From: Octopus vulgaris
Lineage: Eukaryota
Direction: 5' to 3'
Length of the DNA: 64,000 nucleotides
Assembly: GCA_951406725.2 (NCBI GenBank)
Contig: OX597816.1
Location: 154,814,001 to 154,878,000, forward strand
This document shows, one piece after another, positions 14,496 through 28,540 of the stretch (positions within the stretch are counted from its first letter, which is position 1; every line of letters begins with the position of its first letter). The notes beneath the pieces are model-generated. The model saw only the letters and a list, made by a program, of their open reading frames with translations. It did not search any database and was not told where the DNA came from. Position numbers and translations under genes: made by a program.

Positions 14496-14686
14496 GAAAA
14501 GAAATGGACCAATAATTAACAATGACGAGAAGTTTATCATTGGTAATAAAAAGTCACTATTTAACTTTAGTTCCGAACTAAAATAAATATTTAGTTCGGA
14601 ACTAAAGTTAAATAGTGACTTTTTAATACAAATGATCAACTTCTCATTATTAATTATTGTTAATTATTGCTCCATTTCTTTTCTTT
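14494..14686. repeat. Foldback inverted repeat (~90 bp arms)
   Basis: 'aaaagtcactatttaactttagttccgaactaaa' pairs with 'tttagttcggaactaaagttaaatagtgactttt'. The outer arms are 'aagaaaagaaatgga' and 'tccatttcttttctt'. Confidence 0.92.
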
Positions 14687-14818
14687 TCTATTTACATTAA
14701 ACCACAGTTTTACTTTTTAATTACTTACTACTGTATACCTTATAGGTCAGGCTATACATATTAAGGTAATACACCAGGAATGCCTACGGATACATCTATC
14801 CCTTTGATCGTTGCATAA

Positions 14819-14881
<63 letters not shown>

Positions 14882-15045
14882 AATATATGCATATACATTC
14901 TATCTTCTACCACTTTTGTATATATGCAAATACACACAAACATACATAACTGTAATTATACTGACATTTCGGTCGCTCTATTGAGTTGGAATCTGCTTCG
15001 AATTGCACTTTTTTTTATTTCTTATATGAAGATATAAAAGAGAAA

Positions 15046-15177
<132 letters not shown>

Positions 15178-15500
15178 AACGCCTCACACACACACACATA
15201 CACACACACAGACACACACACACACAGACACACACACACACACATTCACGTACACTAGTCCTACATATGATCTTAACCTACGTATGTTTGCTCCTGCATC
15301 TCTTCTCTCCTTTTTGTCTCGTTTTCTCTCTTTCATGTCTCTCCTGGACTTTCTCCTATATTCGACGAAGGACCATGTCCGAAAAATTATTGTTTTCCTC
15401 TATAAATTTTTTCCCTACTATGAGCATCGACCTGACTGACAATATTAACTGTGAATGCCGTTGTTTATTTTTGTTGCTTTTGTTATTTGTATTTGCTATG

Positions 15501-15531
<31 letters not shown>

Positions 15532-15552
15532 TACACATACACACATACATAC

Positions 15553-15587
<35 letters not shown>

Positions 15588-15642
15588 TGTATGTATGTAT
15601 GTATCTATCTATCTATCTATCTATCTATATTTGTATGTATAT

Positions 15643-16130
15643 AGGTGTGGCTGTGTGATAAGACGTTTGTTTCGCAACCACATAGTTCCAGTTTCAAGTA
15701 TCACTGCGTGGTACCTTAACCAAGAGTCTTCTACAATAGAGTCAACCAGAGCCTTGAGAGTGGATCTAGTTGACAGAAACTGAAAGAAGCCTATCGTATA
15801 TATATATACACACACACACAAACACACCCGACCACACAGACAGCGACCTACACAAACCCACCCCCACTCACCCCCACATAATTATATATGTATATATATA
15901 TATGTGTGTGTTTGTGGGTGTGGGTGGGTGTGGTTGGGTGTGGGTTGGTGTAGGTTGCCGAGTGGATGGGTGGGTCTTTGTGTTTGTGTCTGTGTTTGTC
16001 ACCTGCCATCGCTTAACAAACGGTCTTGGCGTGATTACGTCCCCGTAAATTAGCGGTTCGGCAAAAGAGAATGATAGTATAAGTATTAAACTTGAAAGTA
16101 AAATAAGTACTGGAGCCGATTCATTCATTT
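15643..16130 (+). mobile_element. Diverged SINE family A with an expanded internal microsatellite
   Basis: Head at 15643-15797 and tail at 15990-16130. Confidence 0.7.
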
Positions 16131-16136
16131 GATAAA

Positions 16137-16177
<41 letters not shown>

Positions 16178-16993
16178 ACCTACAGTTCCTAGTTGAAACT
16201 TCCATATAATAATAGCTATAATGTATTTCGAATGCGATAAGCTACCTACATCATACATCGAAACTTAGTGTAGCTTTGAAATGTAGCGCGCGAGCCGTTC
16301 GTAGCTGTCCTGTTCAGTGTCGTGAAACTTTCTCTTAAATTACAAAATTTTCTAGCTAGAAAAGCAATACAACTTTGGCCATTCTACTACTTTCTGTATA
16401 TAAAGGACTACAACATACAATGTCTCCTTTCCTAATTAATAAAAATATGATATGATTTAAAGGCATTTGAGTGCCATTTCTAAGATATTGAGCATTCACA
16501 TGGAAGAAGCTGCTACGTTGTATCAGTTTTATTACCTAACATTTCGTTCATTCAGTTGGGATAACTTCTAAGTTTATTTTAAAATCAATAATTTTGACAA
16601 AGAAATTTGATTTATTGTGCGTTAAATTGAGACAGAATCGTAAATACTTCTTTCTTATCTAACCTAGGTCGGCGAAGCAGCAGAGTCGTTACACCCTCGC
16701 AGAGTTTGTTCTGATTCTCTGCGTTCCGAGATCAAATCTTGTTGAAGTCCGCATTGCTTCTTATCGTTTCGGGATCAATAAACAAACAGGAAACAGTTTA
16801 AGGATGATTGACGGAAATATAAGGATGTCGGGCTGATGCCCTGTAGTATTTATTCCGGCTCTCTTCGTTGTGAGTGAAATTTCACCAAAGTACCTAAAAT
16901 GTACCGTCATCAAACTGCAGAATTGGCATGACGAATTAAGGTACAGAAATCTTTGAAACAAAGGCCAATACCTTTGAAACAAATGCCGATACA

Positions 16994-17460
16994 AAGGGCA
17001 TAACTGGTCTCAATTATTGGGACCGCCTAAAAGCATTATTCTCCGTGAGTGATACATTATTTGCACAATGTGGAGAATATGCCACCGGCATTGCCCAAAT
17101 GACCTTAACATTAGTTTCATAATTCATTCAAAACTAGTATCACGGGCCGTAGTTCCCTGCCCCATACAGGATTGCAACACATAGATACACTGCAACAATT
17201 TCTTTTCCTCAACAGGCCCTGCCCTATTTAACATTGTCCCAAAACAGATCAAAGAGGAAAAAGATCCCATCACCTTTAAACTGAATCTGGGCAAATTTCT
17301 TCAAGGGATACCATATAAGCCACCTATACCTGGATGCAGCTCATTCAACAAGAACTCCCTACTCGAATGGGCTATGATACCACAAATCTTGACTGAAAAG
17401 GACTTAGTAAATCCTATCAAATGGTGTTATTTAAGTTAGACATGTCCTGGGCCAATACTT
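16994..17460 (+). pseudogene. CR1-like LINE ORF2 C-terminus plus 3' UTR
   Basis: Translations 'KGITGLNYWDRLKAL', 'YIICTMWRI' and 'NFFSSTGPALFNIVPKQIKEEKDPITFKLNLGKFLQGIP', separated by frameshifts. Confidence 0.8.
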
Positions 17461-18204
17461 GGCTAAAACATACCTAAGTTTATATATATATATATGTACG
17501 GGGGAAAAACTTTTTGAGAGGTCCAAAAAGAGAGAAAAAAGAATGATTTCTAATAAAGATTCATCATATTCATAAAAAAACAGCCAGAGCAAGTAATAAG
17601 AATATGAAAATAGTAGTTGAAAAATATCGTTATAGGTATAAATACACCATAAAACAATTATAGTAAAATAGAGGGGAAAAAGATGTTGAATCAAAATTAG
17701 ATTTAATACAAAATAGGATTCAATACATACGCGCGTTTCGAAGGACAATATAAATATGTAAGAAAAAATTATATTCATAATAATTATAATTAAATTTATG
17801 CATTGTCATTCTCATCAGTGTGAGTAACTTTTGGAAGGACATCAAAAACGGTTTAATAAAATAAAGTAAATTAAAATAAGATACAATAAGGGAGAGTATA
17901 AGTGGAGTAATAGGGAAAAATCGGATATTTACAAGCAAGTTGTAAAAGGGAAAAATAACAGTAACAATAACAGTGGGAGAGACGAAAGAGAAAAAAGATG
18001 GACATATCAATGTGTATGCACGTCTATATGTGCAGTAAGCTAAATGTTTATGTTATAGTTTACTGCACATACAGACGTGCTTACACATTGATATGTCTGT
18101 CTTTTTATCTCTTGCGTCTCTCCCACTATTATTATTACTGCTATTTTTCTCCTATATTTTTCTATAATTGTTTTATGGTATATTTATACCTATAACGACA
18201 TTTT

Positions 18205-18244
<40 letters not shown>

Positions 18245-18247
<3 letters not shown>

Positions 18248-18440
18248 AATTCAAACATGAACAAGCAAAAAAAAAAAACAACAACGTGAGGACGTGGAAT
18301 AAGTACAGTGTTATTGGACGCTCAGGAAAGGAAAGAAAGAAAGAGGATTTCAGGTTTCGAGCGGAGCTCTTTATCATAAATATAGAAAAAGTCCAAAGAA
18401 GACTGAGAAAGAAAATCGCCAACGCGGTCACATATTGAAA
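18245..18440 (-). mobile_element. Penelope-like terminal-repeat fragment (family P1) with a degraded hammerhead motif
   Basis: Shares 'caacgtgaggacgtggaa...ggacgctcaggaa...gtttcgagcggagctctt' with the 29256, 59305 and 60130 copies. Confidence 0.6.
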
Positions 18441-18674
18441 ATGATATCCACTATATATATATATAAATATCATATGCCCCCAAAACAGAAGCACACTCTA
18501 AAGCATAGATCAGTAATGTATCTATATGCAGTTAAGTCTATGTCTTGTCATAGAGTGACCAATGTTTTCGCATCCATAAACGGCCATATATTGTCCTACA
18601 TAACATTTCAGTGCATTTACTTCTTTTTATACTTCTCGCTACGATTCATCACGTTAAAACAAACGTGTGTGTAC

Positions 18675-18744
<70 letters not shown>

Positions 18745-18765
18745 GTATATATGTATATATATATA

Positions 18766-18818
<53 letters not shown>

Positions 18819-18821
<3 letters not shown>

Positions 18822-19665
18822 AGTGGCTGTGTGGTAAGTAGCTTGCTAACCAACCACATGGTCCCGGGTTCAGTCCCACTGCGTGGCATCTTGGGCAAGT
18901 GTCTTCTACTATATAGCCCCGGGCCGACCAATGCCTTGTGAGTGGATTTGGTAGACGGAAACTGAAAGAAGCCTGTCGTATATATGTATATATATATATG
19001 TATGTATGTGTGTGTTTGTGTGTCTGCTGTGTTTGTCCCCCTAGCATTGCTTGACAACCGATGCTGGTGTGTTTACGTCCCCGTAACTTAGCGGTTCGGC
19101 AAAAGAGACCGATAGATTAAGTACTGGGCTTACAAAGAATAAGTCCCGGGGTCGAGTTGCTCGACTAAAGGCGGTGCTCCAGCATGGCCGCAGTCAAAAT
19201 GACTGAAACAAGTAAAAGAAAGAAAAGAAAGAAAGAAAGAATATATAAATGTATGTATTTAAGCGTAGGAGTGGCGGTGTGGTAAGTAGCTTGCTTACCA
19301 ACCACATGGTTCTGGGTTCAGTCCCACTGCGTGGACCTTGACCAAGTGTCTTCTACTAAAGCCTCGGGTCAACCGAAGACTTGTGAGTAGATTTAGTAGA
19401 CGGAAACTGAAAGAAGCTCGTATATATGTATATATATATGTATGTGTGTGTATATATTTGTGTGTCTGTGTTTGTCCCCCCAACATCGCTTGACAACCGA
19501 TGCTGGTGTCTTTATGTCACCGTAACTTAGCGGTTCGACAAAAAGAGCCCGATGCAATAACTAAGCTTACAAAGAATAAGTCCTGGTGTCGATTTGCTCG
19601 ACTAAAGGCGGTGCTCCAGCATGGCCACAGTCAAATGAGTGAAACACGTAAAAGAGTAAAAGAGT
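18819..19665 (+). mobile_element. Two tandem full-length SINE family A copies (18819-19220, 19263-19665)
   Basis: Each has a tRNA-like head, a (TA)/(TG) linker and a 3' module ending in 'gtaaaagag' or 'aaag' repeats. Confidence 0.92.
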
Positions 19666-19688
19666 ATATATATATATATATTTGTGTG

Positions 19689-19725
<37 letters not shown>

Positions 19726-20655
19726 GTAGCATATGCTACCATCCTTGCATTAATAAGGGAGTCAGCGCTCTCGCCACCCACGCAGATATTGTCTAGTTGC
19801 ATAGCAACGGAAACACGGACGCAAAAACTTCAGTTTTGAAACACAGGAAGAGTTGATTACAAGTAGACTAAACTGTCTTGCGAATATAATTTAAAGTATG
19901 TTGCTGGCAACATATCAATAAATTTTCATGCGATAAGGAGTATCATGTTTTAAATTTTGTTAGTTCTTATTTAATTTTAACCCAGCAAACGTGGTATAAA
20001 TAAGACCTACTGGTAGTAATTTTTGATGAATTAGGAACTACATTCATCAAATGCTACAAGAAACCACGGATTCCAAATAAGTACTGTTTTTGCTTTCCGA
20101 AGCTGCAATTCGTTAACTTGTAGCAATAAACACCTCATATTCTTGTAAATAAGTGGAATTTCAACTTGAAGATATAATTTTGTTACATATTCTCGCTATC
20201 GTATTAAACAGTACAGTAAGAACTTTCTAATTCGTTTCGCTTCTAGCTGCTCTACTAATCTTGTTAATATAAGTTGAACTATCAGGTATATCAACTTGTC
20301 TGACTACTCAAGGCCATCTAAATCCATTCAACTGTGAATGTTATTTTAAACGCTTTTTATTGATTATTGAGAATATACGCACGGAATGAAGTTCTGTCCT
20401 TGTTAGTGAAATTAAATACATGTCGGAGAAAATGAAATTAATTTTTTTTTCTTATGTATCTACTAAAATGGTGACTAACTGCTATTTGTAGCACGCAACA
20501 ACATATCTTGTATGTGTATAAAACACATCTATACAGATGTATGTATATTCTACACACACATAGGCACACACGCATGCACGCACACACATTCATAAACATA
20601 TAGTGTATATGTGTATAGATATGTATGTTATACATATGTACATTATATATGTACG

Positions 20656-20715
<60 letters not shown>

Positions 20716-20720
<5 letters not shown>

Positions 20721-20836
20721 TAAATTAGAGATAAAACCACTATTAGGCAAATCATACAATGAAAAACTTAAGCCAATACATAAGATTAATTAATTTATAT
20801 TATTTAAATATATATCAAAATTATTAAAAAAGATAA

Positions 20837-20842
<6 letters not shown>
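20716..20842. repeat. AT-rich interspersed repeat fragment, same family as 48780-49290
   Basis: 'attaaattagaga.aaaaccactattaggcaaatca.acaatgaaaaacttaagccaatacataag' also occurs at 48860-48930, and inverted at 4795-4835. Confidence 0.8.
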
Positions 20843-20867
<25 letters not shown>

Positions 20868-20871
<4 letters not shown>

Positions 20872-21072
20872 AGAGTTTACTAAAAAAACAAAAGACGAAG
20901 ACAGGTGGTGTACAAAACAAACAGATGTATTAGTATAACGCTCTGGAATAGAAAAAGTCTTTTACGTTTCGAGCCTACGCTCTTCTACAGAAAGGGACAC
21001 AGAAAAAACAAGGAGAGCAAAGGGTAGGTAAAGAGTCCAGTGGAGAAGTTCGTAGTGGTGAGAAAAGATAGG

Positions 21073-21075
<3 letters not shown>
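20868..21075 (-). mobile_element. Penelope-like terminal-repeat fragment with a minimal hammerhead-like motif (20959-20994)
   Basis: Minus strand CUUU-CUGUAGA-A-GAGC guag GCUC-GAAAC-GUA-AAAG. A sister copy lies at 47310-47505. Confidence 0.6.
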
Positions 21076-21134
<59 letters not shown>

Positions 21135-21337
21135 TAAGATCCAGGGAGCGAGGTGTAGGAAGAAAGTTAGTTTTGAGCAACAACTTTCAGGAACAACAGT
21201 GGTTTATTGAGACGGAAGATTGCGGATTTAATTTCCTTTTATCGAAGAACGATGAGCTGAAAAACATTTCTTTTTATATTATTTGGTAGGCAACTAGGGT
21301 TACCGATTGTATGAATAAAGAATACAAGAGTTTCAGT

Positions 21338-21614
21338 ATGGAGTATGGGAAATCCGAGCTGCATATGTTTCATTGCCAGTGAAACCTCAGAAATAAAATC
21401 CAAGTGTGGTGTATACCGCTGGCTACTCTTCAGGCCAATGATATCTCGATTAGATTAAAGACTACATTGTCGCAAGGAGGTACATGTTGACGCAAAGATT
21501 CAATCAAAAAGTAGAAAGAGTAGCCGGCGGTATATACCTCACTTGGATTTTACTACTTGTGTGGCTCCACTCGCTTTGAAACATATATAGCCCGGATTTC
21601 CCATACTGCATTCC

Positions 21615-21615
<1 letters not shown>
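21338..21615. mobile_element. Inverted-repeat element whose arms carry hammerhead-like motifs
   Basis: Arms at 21338-21430 and 21516-21612. The minus strand of the left arm reads GGC-CUGAAGA-GUAGCCAG...CUGGCAAU-GAAAC-AUAU-GCA-GCU. Confidence 0.7.
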
Positions 21616-21690
<75 letters not shown>

Positions 21691-22139
21691 ATTATATATA
21701 ATAGATATACGTCAATTCATAGAAAGAGGGTCAAAGAAGTTACTGTACATCTATCAAGTCAAAACCTCAAATTGTCTGCTTCTGGAGAATTTGGACATTT
21801 GTGGAAATTATGGAAATTTATAGGTCCAACGAAATTTGGTTTCACAAATTTATAAGACATAAATACTTACACGGATGATCGCGCTTTGACAAGAATCGAA
21901 GATTAAATTTCCAACTTGCGATGAAGTTATGAATTGCAAAATTTTTCGGTTGAAACTATCCTCCATGTCGGAAATGGATATTTCTAAGAAAATTTTGTTG
22001 GTGAAGATTCCAGTCATCATTCTGCAAACGACTTTCGCAACAACCAAAGCGCTAAGCCCTCTCTACTACAGCTCAAAGCTTTTCACGAAAAATATTTGGG
22101 TTAAGTTATCGGAGCAGTTTCAGTAATTTGTTTTATGAA

Positions 22140-23900
22140 TTATATCACGGTTCCAGAAATTAAATACATTGTTTATGCAGCTGGAATTTTTCGGGTATAA
22201 AAACCAGCACAGAAGCAGTTATTCATTAAGCCTCAAGCTGAAGCGTGCTGGTTGGTAAACCGATGTTTTGACTATTCGCCAGAGATCCTAATTCCACATC
22301 ACAGCTGTTTCTATGCAGAAGGACTACAAACACTTTGTGACAGAATATATCTATGCTGTCCATAACTACCGAAGCTCAAGCGGAACAAGATAGTGAAAAT
22401 AATAATAACATATACGTTTCGACGTTTGTTTTTGATATGTCCAATGATGACGACGTATTTCATCGTCTCTTCGGGACTGGTCCAAACGGCGTACCTTCGC
22501 CGACCGACACTACTGACTGTGTCAGTCCACTATTTATTCGTAGTGAACCAGCCCACTCCTCGCCTGGGAGCGTTCGCCACAACAGTTTTATGGTTAATGT
22601 CACTACAACAGAGGAGTCTGTAGTAATAACGTTAATCACAGATGCCATAAACATGTTGGACAAGGCCATTGTCTATAAATAATAGACCTGATATCGACAC
22701 ACGACCCTATCGTCAAGGACTGGATAATAGAGGGGCCTTGGAATGTAAAATGCTTACTTCACGATATTCAGAACGAATTTCATTTTATCATGGCATCAGT
22801 AATCAAAGAAGAAATAGCACAAGCAGTGTCTAAGCCAGACACAATTACATTAATTATAGATAAAACAAAGGACATTCTATAAACTGAACAACTCTCATTT
22901 GTTTTGCGCTTTATCTTTACCAATGTCACAGGTAAAGAATTTATTGGATACATAACAACTTCTAAACATGATATTGAATGACTTTGCAGTGTATATTGTC
23001 AGTACTGAGCTCTATTAACGTTAATGTCAAGTTATGCTTTGCTGCCCAATGTTATGACAGTGCGTTGGAAACGCGAGGAAACATCACTGGTATACAAGTG
23101 AAGCTATGTGCCAGTGCCCCAATTACTACCTCTGCCCACTACTGCACCAACCAAGTGGCACTCGGCAATGATTGATTGCATAAAAAATATAAAGGCTACG
23201 GGTGAATTTCTCATCATACTATAGAAACTCTGCTAAGGATTTGGTTTACTGTATATCAATACTTTATGCAATTTCAGAAAGAAAAAGGAGGAAGTCTGTG
23301 GAATTTTCCAGTATATGCTGGATCTGCTACCATGAGTCATGAAAAGCTGTGTTGCATATTTCCATTCTTTCGGTATTCCCTGTCACAATTCAGTGGAGAT
23401 ACCAAATCATTGGAGTTACAATTTCAGGGAACAAGTCACTTCTATCACTTTTGTTTGTAAGCGTTTGTGCTCTCTTCACACTTTTTGACTATGGTATGCT
23501 ATCAATCAAACTTCTGACAACGGTATTGCAATCTTCTTCATTGGATATAAATGCAGCAAGAGAATTCTCTTTTGGTCAAACTGAAGATCTTAACGCCATA
23601 CAAAACGATTTGGAGGAGGAAGGTATGCGGCGTACCCTGAAGCAACAAACTCCAAAACTTATTAAGGGTAACATCTCTATTTAGGCGAGTGTAAAAATAG
23701 CAAATTGTTGCAATATTCAGAAGACTCATTGGTCAGTGAGTTTACTGGACGCTGGTCGGGAAGTAGTGGATGTCCTTCCATTCTATATACACAATGAGGG
23801 TTTCATTCCGGTTTTACTCAAAGCTGGGACATCGCTTTCCGGCAGGAAACTGACAATATCACGATTTTTTGCATTGTAATCCGAAAAGTGACGAGTTTCT
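22140..23900 (+). pseudogene. Decayed hAT (ZMYM1-like) transposase
   Basis: Fragments 'DIQNEFHFIMASVIKEEIAQAV', 'LIIDKTKDIL*TEQLSFVLRF' and 'AQCYDSALETRGNITGIQ...SAP...AHYC' follow the hAT motif order IQNE / DETxD..EQLS..R / QCYDGA..MSG / HCxAH. Many stops and frameshifts are present. Confidence 0.8.
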
Positions 23901-24592
23901 CAGCATTGATGGTCTCGAATTCCAGACAGGGATATGTAGTCGAACGTTTGTGACTTGAAAGCAGATTATTATAGGGTAAAGTAGATGTCACACATTTAGA
24001 ACTCAATAACTAGGATACATAAGATTTTGGATTCCTACAGGGATATTTGTAACTGTTAAAACTGGTTCAAATTTTCCGTAACGCTTCATGTAAGCACGGA
24101 GAGCTGTGAATACAGTTTTTCCATGTCGTGGCTGATGAAGACATCTGAAGAATTCGATGGAAGACACAGTCAGGAGAGGTATAATTACCACAAATAGACA
24201 ATGTACCTAAAATCTGCATCTTCAAGACAGTATCCATTGAATCGCAGTAGGTTCTAAGTAAAAAGGAATTATATGAAAAAAGTATAGAAATTGGTTGAGT
24301 GATACAGAGAAATTGGAGGACCTAAAACCAGGAGAGTGGTGTTAGAGATAAAAAGACGGGAAGAAGTGATTTACGAATAAAAATGCTTTAATTGGAATAC
24401 GAGTTCGCTGACATGAGGATAATCGGAGAAAACGAAAATTTATGGAATTCTAAATTTGTGAACGCTAAAATATTTAAAGAGAAATGAAAAAGCATTTTTG
24501 CACAAATATTCCAGACGAATAACTCATATTTGTGTGTATGTATATGTATGTGTGTATAATAGCATGGATGTATTATGCGTGTAGCAATGTAT

Positions 24593-24643
<51 letters not shown>

Positions 24644-24750
24644 TACGTACGTTTAACTAATAAACAGCCCTTGAGTCAGTAACTTCTGCTGATTAAAAAC
24701 TTATATACACCCATGATTTGAGTTCTATTTATCTGTTTGCATCACCTACC

Positions 24751-24801
<51 letters not shown>

Positions 24802-25263
24802 ACACGCACTCATGTTTATTCGCACATCCGGCAACTCTGGTCGCCTACCGTGAAACATAAAAAGAACTTTTTTCAGTTTACTTCGATACGAAAAAACTCC
24901 ACAACCTTTCCTCTCAATAATCCAATATTGTTTTTATATTTACTACGGATTGCTTGAAGCTAACTTGAACATGAACGCAATATATTCATTATGTATACAC
25001 CTGCCTGTTACGAGTACAAATATCAAAATTCAAATCTAAATCGTTATATACCTATAACTGTGGGGGCACAGAAATTAGAAATAAAATACAAGAAACAGAA
25101 TAAAGCTATCAAAACGGCCATTACTGCTCCAACATCTGCAGAACTTAAAAGTCCATAAAATATTGAAATGAACTAGTGAACTATAAGTATTGAACAGAAG
25201 TTATTAACTATAGCCGAAAACACATTGCAAATACATAAAACGGAAAATAATAATAACCTAGAT

Positions 25264-25437
25264 CTGTGGTTCCCAACCTTTTCACAGTGGTTTACAACAA
25301 TGGTTTCCAAGCCTTTTATTTAAATGAGTTTTCTCACGGACCCCTTTTAATTTAATATTTTGAATTTAGTTCACGGAGCCCCAGTACTACATTTGCGGAC
25401 AACCAGGGGTCCGCGAACCCCAGATCGGGAACTACTG
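25264..25437. mobile_element. hAT (Charlie-like) MITE
   Basis: TIRs 'ctgtggttcccaacc' and 'gatcgggaactactg', with an imperfect 8-bp TSD acctagat / acctggac. Confidence 0.8.
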
Positions 25438-26872
25438 ACCTGGACAGCGATCAACTAGGTTTGTAAGCATATAAAATCATTAAAGAACAGAAACATTTGA
25501 AATACAAAATCATATATAAAACAAAGCAAACGTAAAATAAGAGAATAACATATCACGGGCTTTGGTCGTCTTAAATCTATACAAAATGGTAATTAATGAA
25601 CAAAGACCAATGTCTAATAAACATAAACTAAATTATAGGAAATGTATTTAAACAAATACTTCAACCTAAAAGCATTTGAATAATATAAAATTGATTAAAA
25701 CAAACGAAGCTTAGTGAAAGTATTATTTATATAAAGCAACATATTACCCAGGTTCTGCGAAGAAAGTATGTGTATATAAATATAAATTTAAATATATATA
25801 CGGGGAGTGGTTACCCTAGACTCTCGGTCTTTGGCTTGACCCCTAATACCATATCCAGCAACACACACCTTCAGAGGGAACAGATCTCCTCTTCTATGAT
25901 AGTAAATGCTAAAACGAATTTCTGTGTGTCAGTGTGTCACACTTTGACCTCCTCTCTCACTATTCAGTGACACTTCTTCTAATCCTATTGCTGGGGTGAG
26001 AGTAATAGTAGGCCTAGAGACGCCTAGGGCGGCAGTAGATTGACAGTTGATATAGTAATAGGGTGATAGTATAAGCTGTAGCTGTGACAGAGGCGGAGCG
26101 ACGGTGATGATGGTGGCGGTGGTGTTAGCTGAGGCGGTCAAGCATGACGGTAATAGTAAGGGATGTGAAAAACAGTGGTGATGGTGGTGGAGGAGAAGGC
26201 GGTGAAGTCAAAGGTGTTAATGTTGGTGGCGTCAGAAGTCTGAATGTTGTGTGTATGGCAGTTGTGGTGGCGATGGTGGTTGTACTGATGACGGTTGTGT
26301 GTGTGCGTGTGTGTGTACCTTTGTATATAAAAGGAGTGTCAATGGAGAAGAGAAAAGAAAAGGAAGAAGGAAGAGAGAAAGAAAAAATGTGTTTACTTCT
26401 ATATAACTGGACAGTTCTTTCAATAGAAAGTGATTCTTGGCCTTTAGAAATTGCAAAACCAGGGGGCTACTCCAAGGGGGGTAAATGTTATTTTTCAAGA
26501 ATTTCGCTCTTGTTAGTTGTTTCTTCAGGTTTTTGCCTTGTCGTCTACTGTTTTTTACGTTTCCCATTTTGGGGCTTTGTAGGATTATTGGTAAGTTTGA
26601 ATGTATGATTTAAAACATGTTGGTAATTCCAGGGTAGTGTGTGTTTATGAAAGGGATAAGATTTTCTTTGTTTTTCGTTTTTGCTGTTCTGAGTTATGTG
26701 ATGTCACCCCTACACACTCAATAATACTATAAAAAGAGACAAAAATCCTGAAAAAATACAATCTGATGAATCCACTAGAGTGAATGCAAGCGCTATATTA
26801 TTTATAAAGACATGTGACATATTAATAAAAATCTGTAAATATAAAACCATCTGGATTTCGAGTACCTTATTT

Positions 26873-27225
<353 letters not shown>

Positions 27226-27248
27226 TATATATACATATATATATATAC

Positions 27249-27357
<109 letters not shown>

Positions 27358-27399
27358 CATATATATATATGTGTATATATGTATATATTTATATATATG

Positions 27400-27454
<55 letters not shown>

Positions 27455-28104
27455 GTCTGGGGAGAATCATTTTCTTTTTGTGCCTTATAATTTAACACAC
27501 TCACCATTGAAATTTCCACTTATTTATAGCTAGATACACCTACTCTTCAAATACGCACACATACACACACACGCACGCACACGCACACACACGCACACAC
27601 ACAAATTCATGCACACTCCTGAAACTCTCCTACATACGCCTTCTGTTTCTCATTTATACATGCATATACATACACATATACACACATCTCGGTACGCACA
27701 GATATCCGAAACCACAATCTTACTCGCCACGCACAATTACACACACGTACACTTACTCACATATACACACATTGTTCAATATTCCGACACTCTTCAGAAA
27801 TACGAGAGTTGCGCGCGCGTATGAGTGTGGGTATATCCAAATTTGCTGTAGATGTCCAGCTACAGATTTCGGTAAAGAGCAATAATATGCAATTTTGTTT
27901 CTTATAATAATGACAATAATCATAACAAGAAAGAATAATTATTTGGAGGAAGAATATTGTAATATTTGTAATGGGATAGCCAACACTATATACTGTATCA
28001 ATTGTCGTGTTAGAAGAAGGAAGACCGATTGAGAAGCGGTGGAGAGGCAGTGATATCTGTAGGTAATATCGGGGAAGTCGCTTAAACGATCCAAATTTAA
28101 TTTT

Positions 28105-28540
28105 AGTGGTCAGCAAAGGCGACAAGCTGGCAGACTTGTTAGAGTATCTGACAAAATGCTTACAGACTTGTGTTCTGCTTTATATTCTGTGTTCAAATCC
28201 TGTCAAGGTCGAATTTGCTCTTCATCCTTTCCGGATCGATAAAATATATTTCTTTACTACCCACAAGGGGCTAAACACAGAGAGGACAAACAAGGACAGA
28301 CAAACGGATTAAGTCGATTACATCGACTCCAGTGCGTAACTGGTACTTAATTCATCGACCTCGGCGGAATTTGAACCCAGAACGTAATGGCAGACGAAAT
28401 ACAGCAACGCATTTCGTCCGGCGTGCTAACTGTTCTGCCAGCTCGCCGCCTTAAAATAATCAACCAATAAAGTGCTGGGATCAATGTAATCGGTTTGTCC
28501 ACTCCCATCAAAATTGCTGATCTTGTGCTAGAAAGAAAAT
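28105..28540. mobile_element. SINE family D (Nin-domain-like) with a second copy nested in opposite orientation (28248-28452)
   Basis: Core 'ttcatccttt.cgg.tcgataaa'. The nested copy is flanked by the direct repeat 'taaaata' (28240-28246 and 28452-28458). Confidence 0.8.

Noticed and set aside
19725-19740. GGTAGCATATGCTACC resembles the Epstein-Barr virus EBNA1 binding palindrome
   Set aside because: It is a single site with no viral context in an invertebrate-like genome, so coincidence is most likely.
26763-26865. CTGATGA followed by an AATCCA/TGGATT stem
   Set aside because: No GAAA or GUH follows the stem, so it cannot be called a hammerhead.
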